The notes under the pieces: generated by a model | The model's database searches: none | What the model saw: only the letters and a program-made list of their open reading frames with translations | What the model was told of the DNA's origin: nothing | Translations under genes and position numbers: made by a program | Part shown: positions 51,550 to 61,158 of the stretch, in pieces | Position numbering within the stretch: the stretch's first letter is position 1 | Layout of the letters: each line of letters opens with the position of its first letter | DNA from: an uncultured Clostridia bacterium | Lineage (GTDB): Bacteria; Bacillota; Clostridia; Christensenellales; Borkfalkiaceae | Reading direction: 5' to 3' | Length of the DNA stretch: 64,000 bases | NCBI GenBank assembly: GCA_947589235.1 | Contig: CANQAX010000002.1 | Coordinates: forward strand, 9,054 to 73,053

Positions 51550-51578
51550 ATTATACCAGTTTCGCCAAGCGTTTGCAA
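51550..51578 (-). promoter_or_regulatory. Consensus promoter placed for a leaderless or near-leaderless transcript of the 50114..51541 gene
   Basis: Minus strand: TTGCAA (51578-51573), 17 nt, TATAAT (51555-51550). The ATG at 51541 lies only 8 nt after the -10 box. Confidence 0.5.
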
Positions 51579-51617
51579 CCGCTTTCGCCGTTATTGTCGA
51601 AATTTTCCGATTTATTT

Positions 51618-52418
51618 TTACAGGTCGAGGGCGTCGCGGTACAGCTCGCTCTTGGAGACGCCGCGGTCGCGGGCGGCGAGCTTGAGCGCCTCCTTCTTGT
51701 CGTATCCCTCCCCCATATAGTGCAGCACGTGTTCGCGGGGAGAGAGCGCGTTGAGCGGGTTTTCCTCCTCCCCTCCCCCGACGACGAGCACGTATTCCCC
51801 GCGCTTTTCGCCCGCGAGCCCCTCGCGGAGGGTGAAAAAAACGCGCTCCTCGTGCACCTTGGTGATCTCGCGGACGGCGCAGGCGGGGCGGTCGCCGAGC
51901 GCCTCGAAAAGCGCCGAGACGTACTCGTCCGCGTCCTGCGGGGCGCAGTGCAGAAGGAGCGTTTCGCCCGAATGGGCAAAGCGGGATAAAAGGGCGATTT
52001 TTTCGCTCTGCTTTTCGGGCAGAAATCCGAGAAAGGTGAACCTGCCCGAGGGGAATGCCGAGAGCACGAGCGCGCACAGGGCGGCGTTCGCGCCCGGCAG
52101 GACGGTGTACGGCTCGCCCGCCTCGGTCAGAATGCGGCAGACCTCCCGCCCGGGGTCGCTCACGGCGGGCATGCCCGCGTCCGAGACGACGCACACCCGC
52201 TTCCCCTCCCGCGAAAGGGAGAGGATCTTCTCCGCCGCCGCCCTCTCGTTGAACTTGTGGCAGCTGCGGAGGGGCTTGGAAATGCCGTACGCCGAGAGGA
52301 GCTTGAGCGTGTGGCGGGTGTCCTCGCAGAAGATGACGTCCGCCGCCTTGAGCTCTTCGAGCGCGCGGAGGGTGATGTCCTTCAGATTCCCGATGGGGGT
52401 CGCGGCAAAACAGATCAT
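51618..52418 (-). CDS. rsmI: 16S rRNA (cytidine1402-2'-O)-methyltransferase
   Basis: MICFAATPIGNLKDITLRALEELKAADVIFCEDTRHT...SDAGMPAVSDPG.... Confidence 0.9.
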   Translation of the reverse strand: MICFAATPIGNLKDITLRALEELKAADVIFCEDTRHTLKLLSAYGISKPLRSCHKFNERAAAEKILSLSREGKRVCVVSDAGMPAVSDPGREVCRILTEAGEPYTVLPGANAALCALVLSAFPSGRFTFLGFLPEKQSEKIALLSRFAHSGETLLLHCAPQDADEYVSALFEALGDRPACAVREITKVHEERVFFTLREGLAGEKRGEYVLVVGGGEEENPLNALSPREHVLHYMGEGYDKKEALKLAARDRGVSKSELYRDALDL

Positions 52419-53083
52419 CTCTTCACCTCGTTATAGCATTCGGGGAGAATGTCGGTGCCCGGCTTCCCGCCCTTGACGGCGACGACGAGCACGCCGTACG
52501 GCTTGTGCCCCCTCTTGCCCGCAATGAAGCGGACGCTCTTGGGCTCGAGCGCGCTCGCGTGCAGGGTATACAGCACCTCGGCGAGGCGGTCGGCACGGTG
52601 CACGAGGGCGAACCTTCCGCCGAATTTGAGGCACCGCGCGGCGGAAGAGCAGAGCTCGGGGAGGGTGAGCGTCATCTCCTTGCAGCAGGGCGCCTCCCCG
52701 CCCTCCCGCGCGAATCCGCCCCTTTCGTAGGGGGGATTGCACAGAATGAGGGAAAAATATTCGGTGTAACGGGCGGGAATGTCCTGCACGCGCACGTTTT
52801 CGACCGAAAAGACGCCGCCGAGCCCGTTGAGCTCGACCGTCTCGGCGCTCATGCGGGCAAACTCCTCTTCCATCTCGAAGAGGACGACTTCCTTTATGCC
52901 CGTGTTCTCGGCGTAGAAGTGGATTCCGACGATGCCGCTCCCCGAACAGAAGTCGGCGACGCGCTCCCCCCTCTTCGCGCGGACGGCGCGCGCAAGCAGT
53001 ACCGAATCGGACGTGAAGCGGTACAGCTCGGTATCCTGTATGATTTGATAGCCCCCGACGAGGAGCTGTTCGGTGACGCGCAT
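52415..53083 (-). CDS. tRNA1(Val) (adenine37-N6)-methyltransferase-like (YabB/YfiC/TrmN6 family)
   Basis: ORF 52415..53296 trimmed to the ATG at 53083. Motifs include ...DFCSGSGIVG... and ...LILCNPPY.... An ATGA overlap joins it to rsmI. Confidence 0.8.
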   Translation of the reverse strand: MRVTEQLLVGGYQIIQDTELYRFTSDSVLLARAVRAKRGERVADFCSGSGIVGIHFYAENTGIKEVVLFEMEEEFARMSAETVELNGLGGVFSVENVRVQDIPARYTEYFSLILCNPPYERGGFAREGGEAPCCKEMTLTLPELCSSAARCLKFGGRFALVHRADRLAEVLYTLHASALEPKSVRFIAGKRGHKPYGVLVVAVKGGKPGTDILPECYNEVKR

Positions 53084-53120
53084 GAACAAAAAAGAGCGCT
53101 TCCGCGCTCTCCTTTGCAGG

Positions 53121-53288
53121 TCACTCCGCCGTGATGGCACCCACGGGGCAACCGTCCTCGCACGCGCCGCAGTCGATGCAGGCGTCGGGATCGACGACGT
53201 AGGGCGAACCTTCCGTGATCGCACCGACGGGGCAGGTGGCAGCGCAAGCGCCGCAGGCGACGCAGGCGTCCGAAATGGTATGAGCCAT
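53121..53288 (-). CDS. 2x[4Fe-4S] ferredoxin (55 aa)
   Basis: It is below the ORF-track cutoff, so it was translated by hand: MAHTISDACVACGACAATCPVGAITEGSPYVVDPDACIDCGACEDGCPVGAITAE*. A GGGAGG RBS precedes it. Confidence 0.85.
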   Translation of the reverse strand: MAHTISDACVACGACAATCPVGAITEGSPYVVDPDACIDCGACEDGCPVGAITAE

Positions 53289-53374
53289 AGTAACAACCTC
53301 CCGATCTTTCGATTTTATCCGTATTATATCACAACTTTGTCCGTTCGTAAAGGCTTTTTGCCCTCTTTTTCGGG

Positions 53375-54388
53375 CTAATTTTTCCCGCCCTTGCCGCCGC
53401 CCCTTCTATGGTTCCTGTTCCCGCGGTCGGGCCTCTTTCCGCGCTCCCCCTCCGCCTTGGGCTGCTGCGGGCGCGCGTTCTGCCCCTGCTGCGGCTTCTG
53501 CGGCTTCTCGGAAACGTCCGAGACGGGCTCTTCCGCGATGTCCTCGCCCTCGTCGTCGGGCTCCTCCTTTTCCCGCTCCTCGCCGCGGCGGGGCTCGATG
53601 TCCGCCACGGGGAAATCGCGGTAGACGAGCGCGCCGTCCCGCTCGATCTTCACGCGGACCTCGAGCTTGAGCATGTTGCACGCCATGACGACGCCCTTGC
53701 CCTCGGGCGTTGCGACGGTGGCGCCGATCTTGGGCATCTGCTTGCAGACGGAGGCATAGTACTCGTTTTCATAGGAGAGACAGCACATGAGCCTGCCGCA
53801 CAGCCCCGAAATTTTGCCGGGATTGAGGGAGAGCCCCTGATTTTTCGCCATCTTGATGCTCACCTTGCGGAACTCGGGCATGCAGCCGGAGCAGCAGCAT
53901 TCCCGCCCGCAGGGGGCGATGCCGCCGAGGATCTTCGTCTCGTCCCGCGCGCCGACCTGACGGAGCTCGATGCGCATGTGAAAGACGGATGCGAGGTCCT
54001 TGACGAGCTCGCGGAAGTCCACCCTTCCCTCCGCGGAGAAGGTAAAGATGACCTTGTTGCCGTCGAAGGAGAACTCGCAGTCGATGAGCTTCATCTCGAG
54101 CCCGTGCTTCTCGATCTTCTCGCGGCAGATGTTCATCGCTTCCTTCCGCCGCTCGCGGGCGCGGGCGACGAGCTCCTCGTCCCGCTCGTTCGCAATGCGG
54201 ACGACGGGCTTTAAGGGCGGCGTGATCTCCTCGTCGGCGACCTCGCGGGCGGGGTCTGCGACGATCCCGTATTCGAGCCCGCGCGCCGTCTCGACGATGA
54301 CCGCCTGCCCCCGCGAGAGGGCGAGATCCCCCGCCTCGAAGTAGTACGGTTTGCTGTTCTTGAATTTGACTACGACAACCTTTGCCAT
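53375..54388 (-). CDS. ricT: PSP1-domain protein (RicT/YaaT, stage 0 sporulation)
   Basis: ORF trimmed to the ATG at 54388. The protein begins MAKVVVVKFKNSKPYYFEAGDL... and contains ...CGRECCCSGCM...CGRLMCCLSYE.... It ends in a basic/acidic low-complexity tail. Confidence 0.85.
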   Translation of the reverse strand: MAKVVVVKFKNSKPYYFEAGDLALSRGQAVIVETARGLEYGIVADPAREVADEEITPPLKPVVRIANERDEELVARARERRKEAMNICREKIEKHGLEMKLIDCEFSFDGNKVIFTFSAEGRVDFRELVKDLASVFHMRIELRQVGARDETKILGGIAPCGRECCCSGCMPEFRKVSIKMAKNQGLSLNPGKISGLCGRLMCCLSYENEYYASVCKQMPKIGATVATPEGKGVVMACNMLKLEVRVKIERDGALVYRDFPVADIEPRRGEEREKEEPDDEGEDIAEEPVSDVSEKPQKPQQGQNARPQQPKAEGERGKRPDRGNRNHRRGGGKGGKN

Positions 54389-55305
54389 CTCTCTTTCTCC
54401 TTGCCGATCCCGATCGCGAGCGCGAGCGCGCACTGCGAGAGGTTCGCGTTGAAAACGGTCTCCCGTTCCGCCCTGTCCGTGAGGGCGAGCGCCTCAACGA
54501 TTGCGCCCGCGGGGTATTCCCGTGCAAGCCGCGCCGTCTCTGCGCCCTTCCGCGCCGCGTATTTCCCCTGCCCTTCCTTTTGAAAGAGCATGTCCCGAAG
54601 GACCTGCCTTATCGCGGCGAAAAATGCCTGTTTATCCGTCTTGTCGTTGAGCTCGCGGCACAGCCGTTCGACGTCCTCTCCCGAAAGGAACCGCTCGGCG
54701 AGGCGAAAGCTCTCGCCGCCGCCCGAGAGCAGCTTTTCCGCCGTCGAAAAGACGCCGCCGCATGCCGCCGCCGCTTCGTCTGCACCCGCAGAATCGGGGT
54801 GCATGCGCCGCAGCGCCCGCGCCACCTCTTCCTCGGGGAAGGGGGGCTCGGTGAGGAGCTCCGTCCGCGAGCGCACCGTGGGCAGGACGGCGTGCGGATT
54901 GGTCGTCCCGATCAGAAAATACACGCCATCGGGGGGTTCCTCGAGCACCTTCAAGAGCTTGTTCTGCACGAGCGCCGTCGCGTTCTGGAAGGCGTCGAGG
55001 ACGAACAGCTTCTTCTTCCCCTCCACGGGGCGGAGCGTGCTCTCCTCAAGCACCCGCTCGCACGCCTCGACGGTGAACTTCCCCCCTTCCTCGGGGAGAA
55101 ACACGCAGTCCGAATAGCTCCCATTCTCGATGAGGCGGGCTTCCCGCTCCCCCGCGAGGAAGAACGCCTTGGCGCACTCCCGCAGAAGGGGGCGAAGATA
55201 CGCCCCGTCGGGGAACGCCACGAGCACGGCGTGCGCCGACCTGCCCGCGCGCGCGTCGGCGAGCAGGCTCTTGTAGGCGTTCGTGGCGTGCAGGAGCGCT
55301 TCCAT
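54370..55305 (-). CDS. holB: DNA polymerase III subunit delta'
   Basis: The segment ...KLLKVLEEPPDGVYFLIGTTNPHAVLPTVRSRTE... fits holB, and the gene's position upstream of ricT matches Bacillus. Confidence 0.85.
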   Translation of the reverse strand: MEALLHATNAYKSLLADARAGRSAHAVLVAFPDGAYLRPLLRECAKAFFLAGEREARLIENGSYSDCVFLPEEGGKFTVEACERVLEESTLRPVEGKKKLFVLDAFQNATALVQNKLLKVLEEPPDGVYFLIGTTNPHAVLPTVRSRTELLTEPPFPEEEVARALRRMHPDSAGADEAAAACGGVFSTAEKLLSGGGESFRLAERFLSGEDVERLCRELNDKTDKQAFFAAIRQVLRDMLFQKEGQGKYAARKGAETARLAREYPAGAIVEALALTDRAERETVFNANLSQCALALAIGIGKEKERWQRLS

Positions 55306-55306
55306 G

Positions 55307-56347
55307 CTATTCCTCCGAATAGAGGGGAACGGCGCCCTCCGCGGCGTCCTCCCCGACTTCCCCCCGCGGGAGCCCCTTCAAGAGGCGGGAAAGGAGCTTC
55401 AACTCCCGCTCCTTCGTGCAGGGGGAAAGATAGAACATGAGATAGTTTCCGTCGTTGAATTCGGGATATACGCCCCTCTCTTCGAGCGCACGCTGTGCGG
55501 CGTCCGCTTCCCTTCCGAAGGGCACGACGATCTTGCTCCAATCGTCGTTTGCAAGGGCGCCGACCTCCCGCTTGCACCGCTCCGCCGCCCGCTCGATCCT
55601 CTCGTTCCGCGGATACTTCACGGCGTATTCGACGCTTGCGAGGATGGGATAGGAGGGCGACGTCGTGCGGAAGGTGCGGACCCCTTTTCGGAGCGCCGCC
55701 GCCCACGCTTCGCTCTTTGCGGAGACGACCGCCCCCTGCGTGAGCGCGGGCAGCGACTTGTGTACGCCGTCCACCCAGAGGTCGGCATAGCGCCCCGCAT
55801 AGGTCTCGGTGAAATGCAGGTGGGAGCCGTGCGCGCCGTCCACGGCGAGGGGGATGTTTCCGCACAGCTCCCTTGCAAGGGAGAGCGGCGCGAAGTAGCC
55901 GTAGTAGTCGGGCGAGGTGAGAAGGAGCGCTTCCGCCCCCGAAGAGAGGGCGGTACGGATCCCCTCCTCATCGGGCTGCAATGGGATCCCCGCACGCAGT
56001 TTTTGCGGAATGGGTACGGATTTTATGCCCAAGAGCTCGCAGGCGAGGCGCACGCTCCTGTGCGATGCCGAGGGAACGGCGACCGACGTTATCCCCCTCT
56101 CCTTTAAGGCGTAGAACATCGAAAAGACGCCCGACGTGCTCCCGTCCGTGAGGAAAAAACTCGCCGCCGCGCCCAAAATTTTTGCGGCGTCCCGCTCCGC
56201 CGCCCCGATGACCCCGTGCGGCGAGAGCAGACTGTCCGAATAGGAGAGCTCGGTGATGTCCGCGCCCGCGCGCTTGTGCCCGGGCGTGTGGAAGGAGATG
56301 TGCCTGCCCTGCCTGCGGAGCATCTCCGCGATGTGAAGCCCCCTCAT
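55307..56347 (-). CDS. PLP-dependent Orn/Lys/Arg decarboxylase family protein (YaaO-like, short)
   Basis: MRGLHIAEMLRRQGRHISFHTPGHKR...FLTDGSTSG...DGVHKSLPALTQG.... Confidence 0.8.
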   Translation of the reverse strand: MRGLHIAEMLRRQGRHISFHTPGHKRAGADITELSYSDSLLSPHGVIGAAERDAAKILGAAASFFLTDGSTSGVFSMFYALKERGITSVAVPSASHRSVRLACELLGIKSVPIPQKLRAGIPLQPDEEGIRTALSSGAEALLLTSPDYYGYFAPLSLARELCGNIPLAVDGAHGSHLHFTETYAGRYADLWVDGVHKSLPALTQGAVVSAKSEAWAAALRKGVRTFRTTSPSYPILASVEYAVKYPRNERIERAAERCKREVGALANDDWSKIVVPFGREADAAQRALEERGVYPEFNDGNYLMFYLSPCTKERELKLLSRLLKGLPRGEVGEDAAEGAVPLYSEE

Positions 56348-57294
56348 GCGTACGTCTCGAGGAAGTACCGAAGGAGAGTGAGGACCTCATACTTGTTGTC
56401 CTCGGAGTGCTCGCGGTTGTTGTAGATGAGAAGGACGAGGTCGTCCACGGCGGCCCTGCCGTCCTTTTGGTAGCTGTACAGCTTGGTGAGCGTCGAGAGC
56501 TTTCCGAGCCCGATCCCCACGGCATGGGTATAGCCGTACTCGCGCTCCTCGCCCGTCGCGGGGTCGACGCTCGTATAGGACGATCTGTATTCGACGACGG
56601 AGAGTTTCCCCGCGCCGAATCCGTTGTCGCGGACGAAGAGATAGTCCTCGCGGAGCTTTTGAAGGCGCTCCGTCTCCAAGCGGACGCCCTCCTCCTTCTT
56701 CGCCGCCGAGCGGAACCGCCTGTCCTTGCCGTTGCGCGAGAGGAAGTACTCGCGCACCTTCGCGGCGTCGGGGACGTCGTTCGTCTCCCAATTTTCGCCG
56801 AAGAAGCGGGCAAAGTACGCCTCGCACGACGCGAGGTATTCGTCGATGTAGTAGAACAGCCCGCAGTGCTCCTCGGTGGAGCCGGGATATTCCAAGGCAA
56901 AGTCGCTGATGAGGTGCGCGAACGGCGTCACGGCGCCCTCTTCCTCCGAGGCGGTGTAGTCGGCGACGATCATCACCGTGCCCTCGAGGACGCTCCTTCT
57001 GGTCTGGAAGAGCATCTGTCCGTCCGAGGAATCGGGAAAGTCCTCCTCGTTCGCCTCGAGAATGTCGTAGGAGAACATCGTCTCGAGCTTGTCGTTGAAG
57101 GGGAGAAGGTCCCCTCCCGTGTTGAGCCCGCCGAAGGTGTGCACGATGAACTTCTGCTCGGCGGAGGGGCGGGCGCCGATCATCGTAAACAGCACGACAA
57201 TGGCGACGACCGCCGCCGCTATCGTGACGAGGATCTTCAGCCAGTCGTAGGAAAGCAGGTTTCCCAATCTCTGTTTTGTGATTTTAGCGTCCAA
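56344..57294 (-). CDS. Hypothetical membrane-anchored protein
   Basis: TTG start after an AAGAGG RBS. It has a single N-terminal TM segment (WLKILVTIAAAVVAIVVLFTMIG). An ATGA overlap joins it to the downstream gene. Confidence 0.65.
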   Translation of the reverse strand: MDAKITKQRLGNLLSYDWLKILVTIAAAVVAIVVLFTMIGARPSAEQKFIVHTFGGLNTGGDLLPFNDKLETMFSYDILEANEEDFPDSSDGQMLFQTRRSVLEGTVMIVADYTASEEEGAVTPFAHLISDFALEYPGSTEEHCGLFYYIDEYLASCEAYFARFFGENWETNDVPDAAKVREYFLSRNGKDRRFRSAAKKEEGVRLETERLQKLREDYLFVRDNGFGAGKLSVVEYRSSYTSVDPATGEEREYGYTHAVGIGLGKLSTLTKLYSYQKDGRAAVDDLVLLIYNNREHSEDNKYEVLTLLRYFLETYA

Positions 57295-57322
57295 ACGGTG
57301 CCTCTTGCGGGCAAATCGCCCC

Positions 57323-58807
57323 TTATTTCTTCGGTTTCATGGTGGGGAACAGCAATACGTCGCGGATGCTCGCGCTGTCGGTGAGGAGCATCACGAGGCG
57401 GTCCACGCCGAGCCCGAGCCCGCCCGTGGGGGGCATGCCGTGCTCGAGGGCGTCCAAGAAGTCCTCGTCCACCTGCGCGTTCGCCCCCGCCGCCCGCTTG
57501 CGGCGCGCCTGTTCCTCCATGCGCGCGCGCTGGTCCACGGGGTCGTTGAGTTCGGAGAACGCGTTGCCCATCTCCATGCCCATCATGAAGTACTCGAACC
57601 GCTCCGTCATCGTGGGATCGGACGGCTTGCGCTTGGCGAGCGGCGAGATCTCGACGGGGTAGTCATAGATGAACGTGGGTTGGATGAGCTTGTCCTCGGC
57701 AAATTCGTCGAAGAAGGCGGCGAGAATGTGCCCCTTGGTGTCCTTCCCCTTCTCGAGCTCGACGCCGTGCTCCCTTGCGGCGGCACGCGCCTCCTCGTCC
57801 GAGGAGATCTCCGAAAAGTCCACGCCCGAATACTTCTTCACCGCCTCGGTCATGGTGAGCTTTTCCCAGTGCGAGAAGTCGAGCTCGACGCCCTGATAGA
57901 CGACGCGCGTCCCCCCGCATGCCTTCTCCGCGACAAAGCGGTACAGCGCCTCGACGAAGTCCATCATCTCGTGATAGTCGACATAGGCGCGGTAGATTTC
58001 GACGGTCGTGAACTCGGGATTGTGGCGGGAGTCCATGCCCTCGTTGCGGAAGATGCGCCCCATCTCGTACACCTTCTCGTACCCGCCGACGATGAGCCGC
58101 TTTAAGTACAGCTCCGTCTCGATGCGCAGGTACATGTCGAGGTCGAGGGCGTTGTGGTGGGTGCGGAAGGGGCGGGCGTCCGCGCCGATCTCGAGGGGCA
58201 GAAGAATGGGCGTATCCGCCTCGAGGAAGCCCTGCCCGTCCAAAAATTCGCGGATCCCGCGGAGAATGGCGGCGCGCTTGACGAAGGTCTTGCGCACGTC
58301 CTCGTTCATGATGAGGTCGAGGTGGCGGAGACGGTACTTCGTGTCCTGATTCTGCAACCCGTTGTACTTTTCGGGGAGCGGCATGAGCGCCTTCGAGAGC
58401 ATCTCGAGCGAGGTCGCGTGCACGGTCACTTCCCCCGTCTGCGTGCGGAATACGTACCCCTTCACGCCGACGATGTCGCCGATGTCGTAGTCCTTCTTGT
58501 ACGAGGCGTACTCCTCCTCGCCGACGTCCTGACGGGTGACGTAGATCTGGAGCTGCCCCTCGCCGTCCTGAATGTGCGAGAAGGACGCCTTGCCCATGAT
58601 GCGGCGGGACATCATGCGCCCCGCGACGCACACTTCCTTTCCCTCGAACAAATCGAAGTTCTCCTTCACCTGCGCCGAGCGCGCGGAGACGGGGAACTGC
58701 GTCTTGGTATAGGGATCTTTCCCCTCGGCGACGAGCTTGGCGAGCTTTTCGCGGCGGACCTTCGCCTGCTCGATGAGCTCCTCGGCAGGATTTGCGGTTT
58801 CTTCCAT
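57323..58807 (-). CDS. lysS: Lysine--tRNA ligase (class II)
   Basis: Motifs include ...FLEADTPILLP..., ...RIFRNEGMDSRHNPEFTTVE... and ...GLGLGVDRLVMLLT.... The start is at the ATG at 58807, 7 nt after GAGG. Confidence 0.95.
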   Translation of the reverse strand: MEETANPAEELIEQAKVRREKLAKLVAEGKDPYTKTQFPVSARSAQVKENFDLFEGKEVCVAGRMMSRRIMGKASFSHIQDGEGQLQIYVTRQDVGEEEYASYKKDYDIGDIVGVKGYVFRTQTGEVTVHATSLEMLSKALMPLPEKYNGLQNQDTKYRLRHLDLIMNEDVRKTFVKRAAILRGIREFLDGQGFLEADTPILLPLEIGADARPFRTHHNALDLDMYLRIETELYLKRLIVGGYEKVYEMGRIFRNEGMDSRHNPEFTTVEIYRAYVDYHEMMDFVEALYRFVAEKACGGTRVVYQGVELDFSHWEKLTMTEAVKKYSGVDFSEISSDEEARAAAREHGVELEKGKDTKGHILAAFFDEFAEDKLIQPTFIYDYPVEISPLAKRKPSDPTMTERFEYFMMGMEMGNAFSELNDPVDQRARMEEQARRKRAAGANAQVDEDFLDALEHGMPPTGGLGLGVDRLVMLLTDSASIRDVLLFPTMKPKK

Positions 58808-58815
58808 CGTTGACC

Positions 58816-59322
58816 TCAATTGTCGATCTTCACGATCTCGAGGTAGGATTCGCCGTGCGGCGCCTTGACGTACACGACATCCCCCTCGCGGTGCCCGAGG
58901 AGCGCCTTCCCCACGGGCGATTCGTTGGAGATGATGATCTCCTCGTCGGTGATCTTCACTTCCGTCGTGCCGCGGATGGCGTACTGCTCCGTCTCGTTCG
59001 GGTCGTCGGGAACGAACTTGTCGCCGACTTTCTTGCCGCGGCGGACGGTAATTTTGAGCCCGACGCGGACCTCGGACGTGTCGCCCGCCTCATGCGCGAC
59101 GACCGCGTTCTTGATCTGGTATTCAAGCTCGCCGATCTCGCTCTCGTTCGCGGTCTGCTCGTTGCGCGCCGCGTCGTACTCGGCATTCTCGGAGAGGTCG
59201 CCGTGGCTGCGCGCCTCCTGAATGCGCCCGATGATCTCCGCGCGCTTCACCTTGGTCAGATAGTCGAGGCGCTTGACCGCTTCCTCGTACCCCTGCTTGG
59301 TCATGATGATTTTTTCTGCCAT
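58816..59322 (-). CDS. greA: Transcription elongation factor GreA
   Basis: ORF trimmed to the ATG at 59322. The protein reads MAEKIIMTKQGYEEAVKRLDYL...HGDLSENAEYDAAR...SPVGKALLG.... Confidence 0.95.
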   Translation of the reverse strand: MAEKIIMTKQGYEEAVKRLDYLTKVKRAEIIGRIQEARSHGDLSENAEYDAARNEQTANESEIGELEYQIKNAVVAHEAGDTSEVRVGLKITVRRGKKVGDKFVPDDPNETEQYAIRGTTEVKITDEEIIISNESPVGKALLGHREGDVVYVKAPHGESYLEIVKIDN

Positions 59323-59447
59323 CTTATACCCCTTTTCGCGCCCGATTGCGCGGTTTTTATAAATGATACCGTGATTCCGCACGGGCGGAGATCACGGCAC
59401 CTCGTTTTTCGTACCCTATTATACACGAGCGCGCGGCGTTTGTCAAC

Positions 59448-60641
59448 TTACTTTCCGCCGCCCGACCCATTTTTCATGCACTTTTTGACGAATCTGTCCA
59501 TTCGCTCGACCGCCTCGCACAGCTCGTCCATGCCCGTCGCGTACGAGCAGCGGATGTGCCGCTCCCCGCACCCGCCGAATGCGCTCCCGGGGACGACCGC
59601 GACCTTCTCTTCGAGGAGCAGCCGCTCGGCGAACTCGTCGCCCGAAAGGCGGGTGCATTCGACCGACGGGAACACGTAGAACGCCCCGCGCGGCTCGAAG
59701 CAGTCCAGCCCCATGCGCCCGAACTCCGCCGTAAGGAAGCGCCGCCGCCTGTCGTACTCGCGGACCATCTTCCCGATCCCCGAAAAGCCGTCCTCGAACC
59801 CGCCCGCAAGCGCGGCGATCGCGGCATGCTGGGAGACGCGCGGCGCGCACAGGGCAGTGTATTGGTGAATGCGGAGCATGGCGGAGTCGATCTCCCCGGG
59901 CGCGCAGACGAACCCGATGCGCCAGCCCGTCATCGCGAACGCCTTGGAGAACCCGCCGATGAGCACGGTGCGCTCCTTCGCCCCGGGAAGGGCGGCAAAC
60001 GAGGCATGCCGCGCGCCGTAGGTGAGTTCGGCGTAGATCTCGTCCGATATGACGAGCAGATCGTGCCGCTCGATGACGGGAAGAAGGGCGAGGAGCTCCT
60101 CTCTCGTCATCACGGCGCCCGTCGGGTTGTTCGGATAGGCGAGAATGACCGCCTTGGTGTGGGGCGTCACCGCCGCCTCGAGCCGCTCCGGGGTGAGAAT
60201 GAACCCCTCCTCATGGAAACAGGGCACGGAGACGGGCGTTCCCCCGCACAGCGAGACGATGGGCGAATAGGAGACATAGGCGGGGTCGGGCATGAGGATC
60301 TCGTCCCCCTCCCCGCAGACGGCGCGGAGGGCAAGGTCGATGCCCTCGCTCGCCCCGACCGTGACGATGATCCGCTCGGGGGGATAGTCCGCCCCGAACC
60401 GCTCCATAAGATACCGCGAGATGAGCGCGCGGAGCTCGGGGAGCCCGCGGTTCCCCGTGTATTGGGTGTATCCCTTTTGCAGGGAGCGGATGCCCGCGCT
60501 CCTCACTTCCCACGGGGTGACGAAGTCAGGCTCGCCCACGCCGAGGGAGATGGCGCCCTCCATCGTCCCGAGAAGGTCGAAATATTTGCGGATCCCGCTC
60601 GGCTTGAGCGCGCGCGCCCGCTCGTTCAGAAAGCTCCTCAT
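59448..60641 (-). CDS. Class I/II pyridoxal-phosphate-dependent aminotransferase
   Basis: Motifs include ...YPNNPTGAV..., ...SFSKAFAMTGWRIG... and ...RCSYA.... Confidence 0.9.
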   Translation of the reverse strand: MRSFLNERARALKPSGIRKYFDLLGTMEGAISLGVGEPDFVTPWEVRSAGIRSLQKGYTQYTGNRGLPELRALISRYLMERFGADYPPERIIVTVGASEGIDLALRAVCGEGDEILMPDPAYVSYSPIVSLCGGTPVSVPCFHEEGFILTPERLEAAVTPHTKAVILAYPNNPTGAVMTREELLALLPVIERHDLLVISDEIYAELTYGARHASFAALPGAKERTVLIGGFSKAFAMTGWRIGFVCAPGEIDSAMLRIHQYTALCAPRVSQHAAIAALAGGFEDGFSGIGKMVREYDRRRRFLTAEFGRMGLDCFEPRGAFYVFPSVECTRLSGDEFAERLLLEEKVAVVPGSAFGGCGERHIRCSYATGMDELCEAVERMDRFVKKCMKNGSGGGK

Positions 60642-61126
60642 GCCTGTACGGGGAGCCTGCGCGGACGCTCCCGCTTGGTGAGGGCGCCCTCGATCTTGTA
60701 CTTTTTGAGAATGAAGTGCGTCGCCGTCGACAGCACGCAGTCGATGGTGGAGATGTACTCCGAGATGAACCGCGCGACCGAGCGCACCGACTTCGCCTCG
60801 ACGATGACGAGGAAATCGTACGCCCCGCTCATGAGGTACAGCGTCTTGACTTCCTCGTGCCCCGCGATCTCCGCGGCAATGCCGTCGAAGCCAGACCCGC
60901 TCTGCGGCGTGACCTTCACCTCGATGAGCGCCTCGACGCGCTCGTCCTCTTCCTCGTCCGAAACCGTGATGGCGGTGTACTTGACGATGGTCCCGCGGCG
61001 CTCCATGGCGCGGATCGCATCCTCCGTCTCCTCGGGCGAGACGCCGAGCATCTCCGCAATGCGCGACGACGGCGCTCGGCAGTCCTCCTCCAAAATTTCA
61101 AGAATGTTGCGTTCGAGTTCCTTCAT
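60638..61126 (-). CDS. Lrp/AsnC family transcriptional regulator
   Basis: Only the last 162 aa of ORF 60638..61459 are credible: MKELERNILEILEEDCRAPSSRIAEMLGVSPEETEDAIRAMERRGTIVKY... An ATGA overlap joins it to the aminotransferase start. Confidence 0.9.
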   Translation of the reverse strand: MKELERNILEILEEDCRAPSSRIAEMLGVSPEETEDAIRAMERRGTIVKYTAITVSDEEEDERVEALIEVKVTPQSGSGFDGIAAEIAGHEEVKTLYLMSGAYDFLVIVEAKSVRSVARFISEYISTIDCVLSTATHFILKKYKIEGALTKRERPRRLPVQA

Positions 61127-61158
61127 ATCCCCCTCCCGTTTTGTTTTCTTTCTCTTTA

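Noticed and set aside
52415-53296. Full 293-aa ORF as the methyltransferase gene
   Set aside because: Its N-terminal 71 codons are an alternative-frame read across the 55-aa ferredoxin gene (53121..53288). The methyltransferase signature starts at the ATG at 53083.
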